Origin: Elusimicrobiota bacterium
GTDB lineage: Bacteria; Elusimicrobiota; Elusimicrobia; UBA1565
Direction: 5' to 3'
NCBI GenBank assembly: GCA_043827405.1
Contig: JBDRPD010000039.1
Coordinates: 103,830 to 167,829 of the forward strand
DNA: 64,000 nucleotides
In this document: positions 63,132 to 64,000 of the stretch, in pieces
How positions within the stretch are numbered: position 1 is the first letter of the stretch
How the letters are laid out: the number at the start of each line of letters is the position of its first letter
Made by a program: the position numbers and the translations under genes
Notes under the pieces: generated by a model
Seen by the model: the letters and a program-made list of their open reading frames with translations, nothing else
Told to the model about the DNA's origin: nothing
Databases searched by the model: none

Positions 63132-64000
63132 ATGCGGAAACTGTGGACCGGAAATATTGGCGGTCGTGGCGTAGCGAACTATGCTCAAGCTGTTGATCTC
63201 TTCATGCTGCGGTGCCGTTCGAAGAACCTGTCGGCGCATAGCATCGAGTGGTACAAATTCCTCCTAGGCGGCCTCACGCGCTTCCTGGAGGCTTCGCCGC
63301 GCGAGACCACCCCGAACCACCTGAGAGCCTATCTGGATTCCCTGAGGCGGCGCGGGCTGTCGTCCATCACCATCGACCGGACCTACGGCGGGCTTCGTTG
63401 TTTCTTCCGCTACCTATCCCAGGAGCGGATCATTCCTCAGAATCCGATAACTCTGGTCGAGAAGCCTAAGAAGAGCAAACCCCTCATCAAACCTTTGAAT
63501 TTGGATCAGGTCAGGCTGCTTTTGGCGCAGCCTCGGACCAAGACCTTTGTGGGCTTTCGCAACTGGGTGATGATGCTGACCTTGTTGGATACGGGGTTGC
63601 GGCTCAGCGAGATATTGAGTCTGCGCCGGGACCGGATCGACTGGCAGGGGAGCCGGTTCCTCGTGCAGGGCAAGGGGGATAAAGAGCGAACGGTGCCTTT
63701 CGGCGTGGCGGTCAAGAAGGCGTTATGGGAGTACGCCCAGTGGCGGGGGGAAGTCGCCGGGCAAGATATCTTCTTTCTGGATCAGTTCGGCGGTAAAATC
63801 TGTACGCGCCATGTACAGATCACGATCAAACGCTACGGCAAGACGGCGGGGATCGAAGGAGTACGGGTCTCACCGCATACGCTGCGGCATACCTTCGCCA
63901 CCCAGTACATCCGAAACGGCGGCGATCCGTTCAGCCTTCAGGCGATCCTCGGGCACTCGACTTTGGAGATGGTCCGCAACTATGTGAATCTCGCCAGTCG
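63132..64000 (+). CDS. Tyrosine recombinase/integrase (XerC/D-like), runs off the window end
   Basis: Not in the ORF track; translated by hand from ATG 63132 (GGAGG RBS): TGLRLSE, GKGDKER, HTLRHTFA, ILGH, VRNY. Confidence 0.93.
   Translation, partial: MRKLWTGNIGGRGVANYAQAVDLFMLRCRSKNLSAHSIEWYKFLLGGLTRFLEASPRETTPNHLRAYLDSLRRRGLSSITIDRTYGGLRCFFRYLSQERIIPQNPITLVEKPKKSKPLIKPLNLDQVRLLLAQPRTKTFVGFRNWVMMLTLLDTGLRLSEILSLRRDRIDWQGSRFLVQGKGDKERTVPFGVAVKKALWEYAQWRGEVAGQDIFFLDQFGGKICTRHVQITIKRYGKTAGIEGVRVSPHTLRHTFATQYIRNGGDPFSLQAILGHSTLEMVRNYVNLAS

Noticed and set aside
62987..63196. 69-aa ORF at the tRNA
   Set aside because: Antisense read-through of tRNA-Met and overlaps the integrase start.

Overview
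GC-rich bacterial chromosomal window with about 55 protein-coding genes and two tRNA genes. No rRNA or CRISPR array is visible. The protein style tentatively suggests Elusimicrobiota (inference only). Core content: alaS, a heterodimeric ABC exporter, an M23 peptidase-bactofilin-SurA-ABC operon, a TPR/Ser-Thr kinase, an SF1 helicase, two tandem trypsin-like proteases, part of a leucine catabolism cluster, cspA, feoB with a DtxR/FeoA regulator, an M3 oligopeptidase divergent from a Yej/Opp-type peptide ABC importer, and a 2-oxoacid dehydrogenase cluster with a split E2. At the right end, tRNA-fMet is an integration hotspot. Two tandem integrase-less mini-islands (periplasmic katG; MNT-HEPN toxin-antitoxin pair) are delimited by copies of the tRNA 3' end, and a tyrosine recombinase lies on the 5' side of the tRNA. 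The strongest candidate for a new system is four unlinked genes (HD hydrolase, MFS transporter, adenylate kinase, membrane protein). They share a signal peptide plus a 110-165 aa leader (GAAGA ... Pro/Ser-rich ... FDG) fused to unrelated cargo domains. These genes and the secreted proteases also share a degenerate upstream palindrome.
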